Positions 7,275-15,114 of a stretch of 64,000 bases of DNA are shown here, piece by piece (position 1 is the stretch's first letter; each line of letters begins with the position of its first letter). The position numbers and the translations under genes are program-made. The notes under the pieces are model-generated. The model saw nothing but the letters and a program-made list of their open reading frames with translations, was not told the origin of the DNA and did no database searches. The DNA lies in contig DASZAF010000016.1 in NCBI GenBank assembly GCA_035945435.1, positions 359 to 64,358 of the forward strand, read 5' to 3'. This DNA is from Candidatus Saccharimonadales bacterium (lineage in GTDB: Bacteria > Patescibacteriota > Saccharimonadia > Saccharimonadales > DASZAF01).

Positions 7275-8924
7275 ATGAACTACTCAGAACTAAAATTTGC
7301 CTTGTACGCCCGTAAGTCCACCGAGGACGAGGGTAAGCAGGTTCAGTCTATAGAAGACCAGATACACTATATGCGGCAAAAAGCTGATGACTGTGGTATA
7401 AAGCTAAAACGCAAAGACATTATCACCGAGGAGAAATCCGCTAAGGCACCTGGTAAACGGCCGAAGTTTTTGCAACTAATTGCTGACATCAAAGCCGGTA
7501 AGTACAACGCTATAACCTGCTGGCAGACCAACCGCCTGGCTCGTAACCCCGAAGAAGCGGGTATTATCCAACAACTACTGCAAGACGGAATTATCAAGTG
7601 TATTGTGACCAGTGACCGAACTTACTACCCCGAAGACAATGCTGTGGTGTTTGCTGTAGAGATGAGCATAGCCAATCAGTTTGTCCGCGACCTTATGAAG
7701 AATGTCCGCCGTGGCATGTATTCCAAAGCCGAAAAAGGCTGGTACCCTGGCAGGCCACCAATCGGCTACAAAAACGACCGTGAGGAGAAAATCATAATTG
7801 AAGACCCTGAGCGCTTTGATATGGTGCGCCGTATGTGGGACATGATGCTGACTGGTACCTACACCGTTAAGGCAATCGGTGAAATTGCCGATAAAGAATG
7901 GGGCTTACGCACTATCAAGCGCAAGAAAAGCGGCAATAAACCGCTGTCTTACAGTGGTGTTTATGATATGTTCCACAATCCCTTTTATAAAGGCGTCATA
8001 CGCTACGGTGGTACAGAAAACCCTGGCAAGCATACAGCAATGGTTACCGAGGAAGAATATGACCGCGTGCAAAGCCTTATACACACCAAACTACCGGAAC
8101 GGGCAAAGAATAAGGAGTACATCTTTGCTTTTCGTGGCATGCTTAAGTGCGGTGAGTGTGGCTGCTCTATAACACCGCAACATACCGTGACCACTAAGAA
8201 AAGCGGTGTTGTTCATGAGTACGACTATTACCGCTGCACACTCCGCCGCCGTGATTATAAATGCACCCAAAAGAAGTACCTAACCGAAGACAATCTCAAC
8301 GAGCAGATTAAGCAGGAGCTAAAGACGCGCACCATCATGCCACGCTTTTATGAGTTGGCAGTTATGGCTTTGCAAGAAATGAATGAAGATAAAATCACCA
8401 AGCAGATTAAGGTGAGCGAAACGCAGAACAAGGCCATTGTCACCAAAGAAACCGAAATCCGTGAGCTTGGCCGCATGCGCTACCGTGGCGAGTGTCCTGA
8501 TGATGAGTTCTACGCCTCTGAAAAGGATAAGCTTGACCAAGAACTCAAAGACCTCAAGAAAGCCCGTGAGAAAGCTGAAAAACGAGCTAATGACTGGCGA
8601 GCTGTAGCAGACGAAACTTTTAGCTTTGCCCGTTATGCCGAAGAAGACTTTAATAGCGACAGCCTTGAGAATAAACGGAAGGTCTTGGCAAAACTCGGTC
8701 AGAACCTCACGCTGCTAGATGGAAAAATCCATTTTACCCCTAATAAATACATGGTGCCGGTGCAACAGGCATATCCAGACCTTGCAGCCCGCTTAGAGGC
8801 CGTTAGAAACGCCCCACAACAGATACGAGAACGGGTTGAAGCAGAGGTCAAATCTGAATGGTACACCCGGCAGGATTCGAACCTACGACCTTCGGCTCCG
8901 CAAGCCGACGCTCTATCCAGCTGA
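7275..8924 (+). CDS. Large serine recombinase (resolvase/invertase N-domain, recombinase domain, zinc ribbon, coiled coil)
   Basis: The N-terminus KFALYARKSTEDEGKQVQSIEDQ carries the catalytic Ser motif. Also present are WQTNRLARN, a Cys-rich zinc ribbon (LKCGECGCSITPQ...YYRC) and a coiled coil. Codons 529-549 (8859-8921) are the antisense of tRNA-Arg. Confidence 0.9.
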   Translation: MNYSELKFALYARKSTEDEGKQVQSIEDQIHYMRQKADDCGIKLKRKDIITEEKSAKAPGKRPKFLQLIADIKAGKYNAITCWQTNRLARNPEEAGIIQQLLQDGIIKCIVTSDRTYYPEDNAVVFAVEMSIANQFVRDLMKNVRRGMYSKAEKGWYPGRPPIGYKNDREEKIIIEDPERFDMVRRMWDMMLTGTYTVKAIGEIADKEWGLRTIKRKKSGNKPLSYSGVYDMFHNPFYKGVIRYGGTENPGKHTAMVTEEEYDRVQSLIHTKLPERAKNKEYIFAFRGMLKCGECGCSITPQHTVTTKKSGVVHEYDYYRCTLRRRDYKCTQKKYLTEDNLNEQIKQELKTRTIMPRFYELAVMALQEMNEDKITKQIKVSETQNKAIVTKETEIRELGRMRYRGECPDDEFYASEKDKLDQELKDLKKAREKAEKRANDWRAVADETFSFARYAEEDFNSDSLENKRKVLAKLGQNLTLLDGKIHFTPNKYMVPVQQAYPDLAARLEAVRNAPQQIRERVEAEVKSEWYTRQDSNLRPSAPQADALSS

Positions 8925-8935
8925 GCTACGGGTGC
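8859..8935 (-). tRNA. tRNA-Arg (anticodon GCG), CCA encoded
   Basis: The minus strand reads GCACCCG-TA-GCTC-AGCTGGATA-GAGC-G-TCGGC-TTGCGGA-GCCGA-AGGTC-GTAGG-TTCGAAT-CCTGC-CGGGTGT-A-CCA. This folds into a cloverleaf with U33, G37 and a TTCGAAT T-loop. Confidence 0.85.
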
Positions 8936-9049
8936 ATATGGTGCAGTCAGACGCAGATGTCTGCTGCATGTCAGTAAAAGGTACTTCCCGCGTGAGGGCG
9001 GGACTGACAAGAATATATCACAGGTTACCCTAAAAAAACAGGGGTAGTA

Positions 9050-9742
9050 TTAGAAGCGGAGCTTGCGAGACAGTCGGTCGACTGCGTCGAACTTGTAGTT
9101 CTCCATGGGCAAGAAACGGCTCAGCACATCGACAATCTTCTCGCCCTGACCTTCCTCAAAGTAGATAGAGAGCATTGGTCTGAACCTGGCATTAGGACGG
9201 AGCAAGATGCTCCACAGGCCGCCATCCTTAACGATTCCGAATGAGTGGAAGTCGTTGAACTTATAGATTCTCTCACCAATATGAAGACCAGTCCCATCAA
9301 TTGCGTAATGGAGAACACGCGGTTTCCTAACGCCGACGACACCAATGGCCACACACATAATCGCTGAACCAATTGCCATAAACCAATCACGAAGGATAAA
9401 GACACTGAAGAGAAGAAGCGCCACTACAAAGACGCCGAAAACGACAAACCAACTGGCCGGTTTTTCGTGATCTATAAACTCTGAGGCCTCCCACGAAACT
9501 TTCTCCGCTTCAGTAAACGTAGGCTTGGAGATCGTAGGGGCTTCGTCGTCTTCATCGGCCGGGTCATCAGGCGTTAGCAGAGCTGCCGGCAGACCGTCAT
9601 GGCCGACCGGGGCCACCTCGTCATCCTGAGTAGGTGCGTCGTTGTGGGTCGCCGACGCATCAGTCGAGGCCGGTGCCATTTTGTCGTCACCACCCTCAGT
9701 ATCTTTCTCCCAGTAGCCGTGCTCATCTCCTGGTTGCTGCAT
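9050..9742 (-). CDS. Membrane protein with an acidic N-terminal region, two TM helices and a C-terminal bacterial PH-like domain
   Basis: The start was moved to the ATG at 9742 (MQQPGDEHGYW) because the track start at 9844 lies inside tRNA-Ser. The TM pair is WFVVFGVFVVALLLFSVFIL / AIGSAIMCVAIGVVGV. The tail resembles YdbS/bPH-type domains. Confidence 0.5.
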   Translation of the reverse strand: MQQPGDEHGYWEKDTEGGDDKMAPASTDASATHNDAPTQDDEVAPVGHDGLPAALLTPDDPADEDDEAPTISKPTFTEAEKVSWEASEFIDHEKPASWFVVFGVFVVALLLFSVFILRDWFMAIGSAIMCVAIGVVGVRKPRVLHYAIDGTGLHIGERIYKFNDFHSFGIVKDGGLWSILLRPNARFRPMLSIYFEEGQGEKIVDVLSRFLPMENYKFDAVDRLSRKLRF

Positions 9743-9812
9743 ATAGGTAAAGTATATCACTAATGCCGCGAACGCCGCATAGACGACACCATGACAGTTG
9801 ATTGCAAATGTA

Positions 9813-9905
9813 TGGCGGAGAGGGAGGGATTCGAACCCTCGCACCAGGTCACCCCAGTCTAACGATTTAGCAAACCGTCCCCTTCAGCCTCTTGGGTACC
9901 TCTCC
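9813..9905 (-). tRNA. tRNA-Ser (anticodon GCU), class II with a long variable arm, CCA encoded
   Basis: The minus strand reads GGAGAGG-TA-CCCAAGAGGCTGAAGGG-G-ACGGT-TTGCTAA-ATCGT-(21-nt variable arm)-GAGGG-TTCGAAT-CCCTC-CCTCTCC-G-CCA. Confidence 0.85.
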
Positions 9906-9971
9906 AAACATGGGTATTTTACTATAACTCTGCTCTCTTGGCGAACCGTGCGAATACAGATGTTATACGCG

Positions 9972-10059
<88 letters not shown>

Positions 10060-10068
10060 AGTGGCCAT

Positions 10069-10077
10069 ATTGTACCA
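10069..10077 (-). promoter_or_regulatory. Extended -10 promoter (TGgTACAAT) for the tRNA-Ser genes
   Basis: The reverse complement of 10069-10077 is TGGTACAAT, located 9 nt upstream of the tRNA 5' end at 10059. Confidence 0.4.
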
Positions 10078-10146
10078 TATTGCGCCCCTTATAGAGCTTG
10101 CCTTGAACCACATAATTGTGCTATCTTGACCTCTAACAGCCGTTTA

Positions 10147-10176
10147 TTGCAAAACATTGACAATTTTAGCTATAAT
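10147..10176 (+). promoter_or_regulatory. Putative sigma70-type promoter of the hsp20 gene
   Basis: TTGCAA (10147-10152), an 18-nt spacer, then TATAAT (10171-10176). A second TTGACA at 10157-10162 is too close to the -10 (8 nt) to serve as its -35. Confidence 0.4.
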
Positions 10177-10219
10177 GAAGTTGCAATAACCGCAGTTTCG
10201 GCGATAAGTGGAGGATACA

Positions 10220-10708
10220 ATGGCAAGAGGACAAAAACAGAAGGACGATCTGCTCCTAGACGAAGAGTTGGCTGCAGCGTTCTTGAACGATGACGACGCA
10301 GCCGCTGCCACTGATCAAGGACAGCCAGCTAGCGACGCAGCTCCAGTCCAAGCCGAATGGGAAGAGACAGAAGAGGAAGTAGTACCAGGCCAGCTTGCAG
10401 TTGATGTCTACGAAACCAAGGACAAGCTTGTTATCAAAGCACGGACAGCCGGTGTCGACAAGAAAGATCTCGACGTCAGCATTTCAGATGGCATTCTCAC
10501 AATTAGCGGCACTCTCTCAGCCGGCGACGAATCGTCAGCTGAAAACTACCATATTCAAGAGTGCTATTGGGGAGAGTTCCGTCGCTCTGTAACTCTGCCC
10601 GTGCCGGTGCAGGAAGATGGAGTCCAAGCCGAACTCAAAGACGGTGTCCTGACGATTACGTTCACGAAGATCAAGCAGGAGACTGCCCGTAAGATCGAAG
10701 TTCTATAG
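10220..10708 (+). CDS. Hsp20/alpha-crystallin family small heat-shock protein
   Basis: The alpha-crystallin domain reads LAVDVYETKDKLVIKARTAGVDKKDLDVSISDGILTISG...GEFRRSVTLPVPVQEDGVQAELKDGVLTITFTK. The ATG at 10220 follows the Shine-Dalgarno GGAGGA. The track start at 10208 (GTG) lies inside that Shine-Dalgarno. Confidence 0.9.
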   Translation: MARGQKQKDDLLLDEELAAAFLNDDDAAAATDQGQPASDAAPVQAEWEETEEEVVPGQLAVDVYETKDKLVIKARTAGVDKKDLDVSISDGILTISGTLSAGDESSAENYHIQECYWGEFRRSVTLPVPVQEDGVQAELKDGVLTITFTKIKQETARKIEVL

Positions 10709-10730
10709 ACCATAAAACCGTATCTCAAAA

Positions 10731-10755
10731 AGAACTCCTCCGGGGGTTCTTTTAT
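10731..10755 (+). terminator. Intrinsic terminator of hsp20
   Basis: AGAACTCC-tccg-GGGGTTCT forms an 8-bp stem with one G-T pair and is followed by TTTATATT. Confidence 0.6.
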
Positions 10756-10794
10756 ATTCAGCGCTTAGCGTAAAAGCAGGGGACATAGCAAAAG

Positions 10795-10828
10795 AAAAAG
10801 GAGAGCTGCTTATGCGCTCTCCTTTTAT
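10795..10828. terminator. Bidirectional intrinsic terminator between the convergent hsp20 and pilin genes
   Basis: AAAAA-GGAGAGC-tgcttatgc-GCTCTCC-TTTTAT has a perfect 7-bp stem, with an A-run on one side and a T-run on the other. Confidence 0.6.
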
Positions 10829-10844
10829 CAGCATCGATCTGGAG

Positions 10845-11285
10845 CTAGCTGTTGGCTGAAGCGGCAGCCGAGACGTTCCCAATGACGAAGTGGACGATAA
10901 TCTGGGCAAAGATGACGATAATCAATCCGACTACGGCGTAGATAATCGTGTTCTTGGCATTCCCAATCTGCCCCGAATCACCACCTGAGACGATGTATCT
11001 GAATCCTCCGATGATGATCATGACGACAGAGACGGCGCCGATGATGAATGAGAGGATGTTAATCGCGCTCTTTACGACTGAGTTAATGCCTGTGTTGTTG
11101 TTGCTCTCACAAGTACTTGTCCCCGAGGAGATGACACCGTTACAGACGCCACCTTGGATGGGGTTGTTACCGTTGAGTGCTGCGTATGTGGCAGTGGCGG
11201 GTACCAGCGAGACCACAAAGAGAGAAAGGAACGTTGCCATGCTGACGGCAATAATCGTTCTGAACTTTTTAACAGCATTTACCAT
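10845..11285 (-). CDS. T4SS pilin-like protein (TrbC/VirB2-like), paralog 1
   Basis: The protein has a signal peptide and a short Cys-containing exposed region. These are followed by the shared block INILSFIIGAVSVVMIIIGGFRYIVSGGDSGQIGNAKNTIIYAVVGLIIVIFAQIIV, which is helix, G-G-x-R-Y-x-x-S-G-G-D loop, helix. It has its own Shine-Dalgarno (AAAGGAG). Confidence 0.7.
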   Translation of the reverse strand: MVNAVKKFRTIIAVSMATFLSLFVVSLVPATATYAALNGNNPIQGGVCNGVISSGTSTCESNNNTGINSVVKSAINILSFIIGAVSVVMIIIGGFRYIVSGGDSGQIGNAKNTIIYAVVGLIIVIFAQIIVHFVIGNVSAAASANS

Positions 11286-11381
11286 ATCTTTAAAAGCTCC
11301 TTTGTTGCTGATTTTTCTTCATTATATATCACTAATGTTAGGTTTGCACTAGTCTAGATCTGATCGGTGTGTTAGCTATCG

Positions 11382-11789
11382 CTATTGGGTGACTTTGCCG
11401 ATGACGAAGAGAACGATGATTTGAGCAAAAAGAGTGATGGCAAGACCGACCATGGCGTAGATAATCGTGTTCTTGGCACTGGAGATGGCATTTGAGTCGC
11501 CACCCGAAAGAACATACCTCATGCCCCCGATTATGAGCATGATAACGGAGGCCGCGCCGACGATAAATGAGAGCAGATTGAGTGTATCCTTGATAAGCTG
11601 CGGCACCGACTGACCTTTTCCGACAGCACCAGTGTCGTTGAGGCCTTTTTGGGCATCGCCAACCGAATCAGCCAATACAGAATGAGTGCCACTTGGCAAC
11701 ACAATAAGAATCGCAGCCACGAGCAGACACGCTCCGGCAATCAGTCCTAGTCTTTGGTATGGTGAGAGCCTGGCAAGTGCGTTTCTCAT
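11382..11789 (-). CDS. T4SS pilin-like protein (TrbC/VirB2-like), paralog 2
   Basis: The shared block here is LNLLSFIVGAASVIMLIIGGMRYVLSGGDSNAISSAKNTIIYAMVGLAITLFAQIIV. An N-terminal TM/signal segment is present. Confidence 0.7.
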   Translation of the reverse strand: MRNALARLSPYQRLGLIAGACLLVAAILIVLPSGTHSVLADSVGDAQKGLNDTGAVGKGQSVPQLIKDTLNLLSFIVGAASVIMLIIGGMRYVLSGGDSNAISSAKNTIIYAMVGLAITLFAQIIVLFVIGKVTQ

Positions 11790-11851
11790 ATCTTTCCTCT
11801 ATCTCCGTGCCTTTCTATGCTGGTTATTATAGCTTATATCTTGTCACTGGA

Positions 11852-12280
11852 TCATAAATAACCCAGCACGAACTGGATGATGGCGGCCCCGAAGACAGCA
11901 ATTACCAGACCAGCCAAACCATAGATAATAGTATTCTTGCCGCTTTTAGTCCCTGACGGGTCACCGCCAGAGAGGACGTACCTCAAGCCACCGATTACCA
12001 TCATAAAGACCGAGATAACCGCAACGAAGTAGATAAAGACGCTCAGAAGAGTGGCGAGCACTCCGCCTTTACCGAGAATCCCGCCTCCTTTTTGTGCCTC
12101 ACAGACAGTTGCTCCAGGGTTGCTTTTACAGACACTCTGACCACCACCGGCGCCGAAGATGTCGAACGCATATGCAGGCGCCAAGCCTCCAAACTGCACA
12201 ACGGCAGTAACTGCCAGCACAAAAGTTATAGCCCAGGCTTTCAGGTTGAAGATTTGTCTTTGTAGATTCATATGTCTCAT
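11852..12280 (-). CDS. T4SS pilin-like protein (TrbC/VirB2-like), paralog 3
   Basis: The shared block here is VFIYFVAVISVFMMVIGGLRYVLSGGDPSGTKSGKNTIIYGLAGLVIAVFGAAII. A signal peptide ends in AYA. Confidence 0.7.
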   Translation of the reverse strand: MRHMNLQRQIFNLKAWAITFVLAVTAVVQFGGLAPAYAFDIFGAGGGQSVCKSNPGATVCEAQKGGGILGKGGVLATLLSVFIYFVAVISVFMMVIGGLRYVLSGGDPSGTKSGKNTIIYGLAGLVIAVFGAAIIQFVLGYL

Positions 12281-12291
12281 TCTATTCCCAC

Positions 12292-13044
12292 CTACAGTCC
12301 CGTGCCGAGCACAAAGCCAACTATAACCTGCGCGAAGAGTGCAAAGATAAGTCCAACTACTGCATATATAATTGTCTCTTTCGCTTGCTTAAGAGTGCCT
12401 GGGTCACCACCTGAACGGGTATAGGTGAGACCACCCCAAACAACCATGATGGCTGCCAGTACCGCTACGATCTGGAAGACAAGAGTCAAGATAAAAGCCA
12501 AAGTGCCGGCTTTGACGGCACCGGGGTTCGGCAGCCCGGAAGCCGCGTCAATCTTGGCTGCAAATTCACCGGCGATAAAGCCGATGATTCGAGCGGCCGT
12601 CACGGTAATGACAAGGCCAACAAGGGCATTCACGATAGTGTTACGGGCGTCGTTGATACTATTCGGCGAGCCAGCGCTGGTGGTATAGCGAATGGCGCCC
12701 CATATGACGAAGCCGACTGCTAAGATAGCGGAGAGTCGTAACAATATCTCAAAGACCGCAGCCACAATCAGCCAGATGCCGTCTGGTCCTGAGATAAAGG
12801 GCCTGCATTCCGTGCCTCCTCCATTGACGTTAACCTTGGTGCCTTGCAGGTATTCATACCAGGTCGGAAAAGCCAAAAAGCCAGTGTCTTGAGCAAGACT
12901 ACAAGGAGCGGGGTTGGTCATGTTGAAGAGAACATTAACCGGACTAGCTGCACGCGCAGGCATGACAACAACGAAGAGGCCCATCACCAGACCCAGGAGA
13001 CTGCCCGAGAGCATGATCCAAAGGCGAAATCGCATTGACATCAA
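12292..13044 (-). CDS. Tandem-duplicated (two-domain) T4SS pilin-like protein, paralog 4
   Basis: One 250-aa ORF contains two copies of the pilin block: ...VGFVIWGAIRYTTSAGSPNSINDARNTIVNALVGLVITV... and ...IMVVWGGLTYTRSGGDPGTLKQAKETIIYAVVGLIFALFAQVIV. Confidence 0.65.
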   Translation of the reverse strand: MMSMRFRLWIMLSGSLLGLVMGLFVVVMPARAASPVNVLFNMTNPAPCSLAQDTGFLAFPTWYEYLQGTKVNVNGGGTECRPFISGPDGIWLIVAAVFEILLRLSAILAVGFVIWGAIRYTTSAGSPNSINDARNTIVNALVGLVITVTAARIIGFIAGEFAAKIDAASGLPNPGAVKAGTLAFILTLVFQIVAVLAAIMVVWGGLTYTRSGGDPGTLKQAKETIIYAVVGLIFALFAQVIVGFVLGTGL

Positions 13045-13418
13045 CCGAGGCCTCCCGGTGATATGAAGTTCAAAATAATCAGACCGAAGATGTAGAGAAA
13101 GAGTGCAACGACAACATTCCAGATCTGCATCTTTGCTTGGCTTACGGTCTGTGAGTTTCCGCCAGCGGTTAAGTACTTAAGGCCAGCCACAGCCAAAAAG
13201 ACGACTAACAGGACGCCGATTCCGGCGGAGACAAACTGGACAGTGTCGTGGATAAGAAGTTGGAGATTACTAAGATCCTGCTGGTTAGGGTTTGGTGGTG
13301 GGGTCGCGGCAAAGACCGCACTCGGGAATAATACGTAGCCAGCCACCAGACTAAGCACGGCAGCCGAGGTGATATGTCGTTTTTTGTTTTGAACACTCAA
13401 TTTGGTAAAGACGTGCAT
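13041..13418 (-). CDS. T4SS pilin-like protein (TrbC/VirB2-like), paralog 5
   Basis: The ATG at 13418 (MHVFTKLSV...) is preferred over the track start at 13472. The block is VSAGIGVLLVVFLAVAGLKYLTAGGNSQTVSQAKMQIWNVVVALFLYIFGLIIL. The gene overlaps the start of paralog 4 by 4 nt. Confidence 0.6.
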   Translation of the reverse strand: MHVFTKLSVQNKKRHITSAAVLSLVAGYVLFPSAVFAATPPPNPNQQDLSNLQLLIHDTVQFVSAGIGVLLVVFLAVAGLKYLTAGGNSQTVSQAKMQIWNVVVALFLYIFGLIILNFISPGGLG

Positions 13419-13484
13419 CGTATAAGTATTCTTCTTGGCTATACTGTAATACAGAAGTGGGGATCGAGGCAAGAAAGCTCTCAG

Positions 13485-13507
13485 GGTCTGAAGGCGATTT
13501 TCAGACC
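13485..13507. promoter_or_regulatory. Perfect 8-bp inverted repeat (GGTCTGAA-N7-TTCAGACC) in the divergent pilin / VirB6 promoter region; candidate operator
   Basis: The arms are 13485-13492 and 13500-13507. No T-run follows on either strand, so it is not a terminator. Confidence 0.35.
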
Positions 13508-13526
13508 TCCAGATCTTAGAAAATAC

Positions 13527-13535
13527 TGATATACT
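13527..13535 (+). promoter_or_regulatory. Extended -10 promoter (TGaTATACT) of the T4SS operon; near-leaderless
   Basis: TGATATACT ends 10 nt before the ATG at 13546, with no Shine-Dalgarno in between. Confidence 0.4.
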
Positions 13536-13545
13536 ACATTACATA

Positions 13546-15114
13546 ATGTTGAAGCGTCGGTCAGGACTGTTTGGGTGTGCTCTGCTTCTAGTTAGCTCAC
13601 TTCTGATGGCCATTCTTCCCGCTCTGCCAATACATGCAGCCAACACATGCACATGGACGGGCAAAACCGCCATGACCTGCAATGGCACAAACGTTGGCCC
13701 AGGCACTATCTCCGGTGCAAACATGACCTTTCAGTACTCCGTCAGTGGTAGCGGCGTTGGCAACGCCTGTCGTGACTTTATAACAGTCAATAACTACAAG
13801 AAAGCCACTTCAGTCAGTATTCTCGAAGGTGTCGGCATTATTATGAATTCGAGGCTGGCTAGCACCGCGACCAACAATGGTATACAGCTTGCTGCCAACA
13901 ACACCTGCTTGAGCGGTGGCACATATAACTTGACGAATACCTGGGGCGGTGGCGGTACTCAGGGTGGAGGAAGCTGCAACCCGCCTACTTTTAACATCAA
14001 CAGTAACAACACGATCACTCTCGCTAAGGGTCCCTGTGCTGGCATTAGCAACACCTTTAACGAAGCGGGCCAATCGAACTACTATGTCGGCAGCATTAAT
14101 AAGGACGGCTGCCCCAATGATTACGTTTATTTCGATCCGGTTGCTAACTCTATAACCTACTACCAGGTGGCCAACATAACTGGTCAAGGCTCGCAAGGAG
14201 GCTTTACGAACCCCCTGCCAGCAGATCTCGGCAACTACCCTGGTACCTGTGCGGCGAACAATGGGGCCGTGGCTACCATCGGCCAGAATCAGGTGGGCGG
14301 GCAGCAGCAACAGCAAGTCTGTGAGACCCAGGGTGGCTTCATGGCAGACATTCTCTGTGGCCTTATTAATGCCCTGAACAAAGTAATCCAATGGCTCTAC
14401 AGCAACGTGCTGACGAGGCTTCAGTTCCAATTGCTCGAACCCGTCGCAGCCAGCGAAGACGGACTGACGGGCCTCTCGGGAGCTTCATATAATAGCGTTC
14501 ATGCTTCATGGCTGGTCGTTGTCCGGCTGGCCTCCACCCTAATGATCCTCGTCTTCCTGATCATGATCATCGGCCAGGCGGCCGGCAATTATATCGACGC
14601 CTATACAGCCAAGAAGCTGCTGCCTCGCATTGTTATCGCCTTCATTCTCATCAACCTGTCATGGTACATAGCAGGTTTTGCTATGGAGTTTTCTAACATC
14701 GTCGGTGATGGTGCCAAGGCGGTCATGCTAGCGCCGTTCAGCAGCCAAGCTGCACTCATCATCAGTCCGACGGCTGGAGCAGAACAGCTAGGCATACTAC
14801 TGGCGGCAACGGTAACGGCCACCCTCCTGGTTATCGCAGGACCGGGCCTCTTCGTCTTGGTCCCCATCGTGGCGGGTATATTAATCGCTGCGGCCATTGG
14901 CTTTTTCCTGGTCATTCTGCGACAAGGCTTCTTGATCGCCTGTACCGTTTTTGCCCCGGTAGCCATCGTCCTGTGGGTCCTACCCGGAACTAAATCGTGG
15001 TTTAACAAATATAGAGACCTGTTCGTGGGATTATTAATAATGTACCCACTCTTCCAAATCGTCATCGCCGTTGGCGCTTTGCTGGCATATGTAATAACGG
15101 CAGGTAACAGCTAA
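13546..15114 (+). CDS. VirB6/TrbL-like polytopic membrane protein with a Cys/Gly/Asn-rich extracellular N-domain
   Basis: The protein has a signal peptide and a soluble region of about 270 aa (CTWTGKTAMTCNG...). At least six TM helices follow, including ILRQGFLIACTVFAPVAIVLWVLPGTKSWFNKYRDLFVGLLIMYP, which is typical of TrbL/VirB6-family proteins. Confidence 0.6.
   Translation: MLKRRSGLFGCALLLVSSLLMAILPALPIHAANTCTWTGKTAMTCNGTNVGPGTISGANMTFQYSVSGSGVGNACRDFITVNNYKKATSVSILEGVGIIMNSRLASTATNNGIQLAANNTCLSGGTYNLTNTWGGGGTQGGGSCNPPTFNINSNNTITLAKGPCAGISNTFNEAGQSNYYVGSINKDGCPNDYVYFDPVANSITYYQVANITGQGSQGGFTNPLPADLGNYPGTCAANNGAVATIGQNQVGGQQQQQVCETQGGFMADILCGLINALNKVIQWLYSNVLTRLQFQLLEPVAASEDGLTGLSGASYNSVHASWLVVVRLASTLMILVFLIMIIGQAAGNYIDAYTAKKLLPRIVIAFILINLSWYIAGFAMEFSNIVGDGAKAVMLAPFSSQAALIISPTAGAEQLGILLAATVTATLLVIAGPGLFVLVPIVAGILIAAAIGFFLVILRQGFLIACTVFAPVAIVLWVLPGTKSWFNKYRDLFVGLLIMYPLFQIVIAVGALLAYVITAGNS

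Larger units (their letters stand above)
470..8858. mobile_element. Putative integrative element (serine-recombinase type) abutting tRNA-Arg; left boundary not determined and may lie outside the window
   Basis: The content is typical of a mobile element: a large serine recombinase next to a tRNA, an SF3/D5-like P-loop helicase, small unknown ORFs, a DUF4236 protein and its own terminators. Hand-sampled 60-nt windows give about 40-45% GC here against about 48-55% elsewhere. Confidence 0.55.

Noticed and set aside
8699-9033. ORFs 8699-9010 (minus strand) and 8836-9033 (plus strand)
   Set aside because: They overlap tRNA-Arg and the 3' end of the recombinase. They contain tRNA-derived peptide strings (GRIRTYDLR, AQLDRA), so they are not genes.
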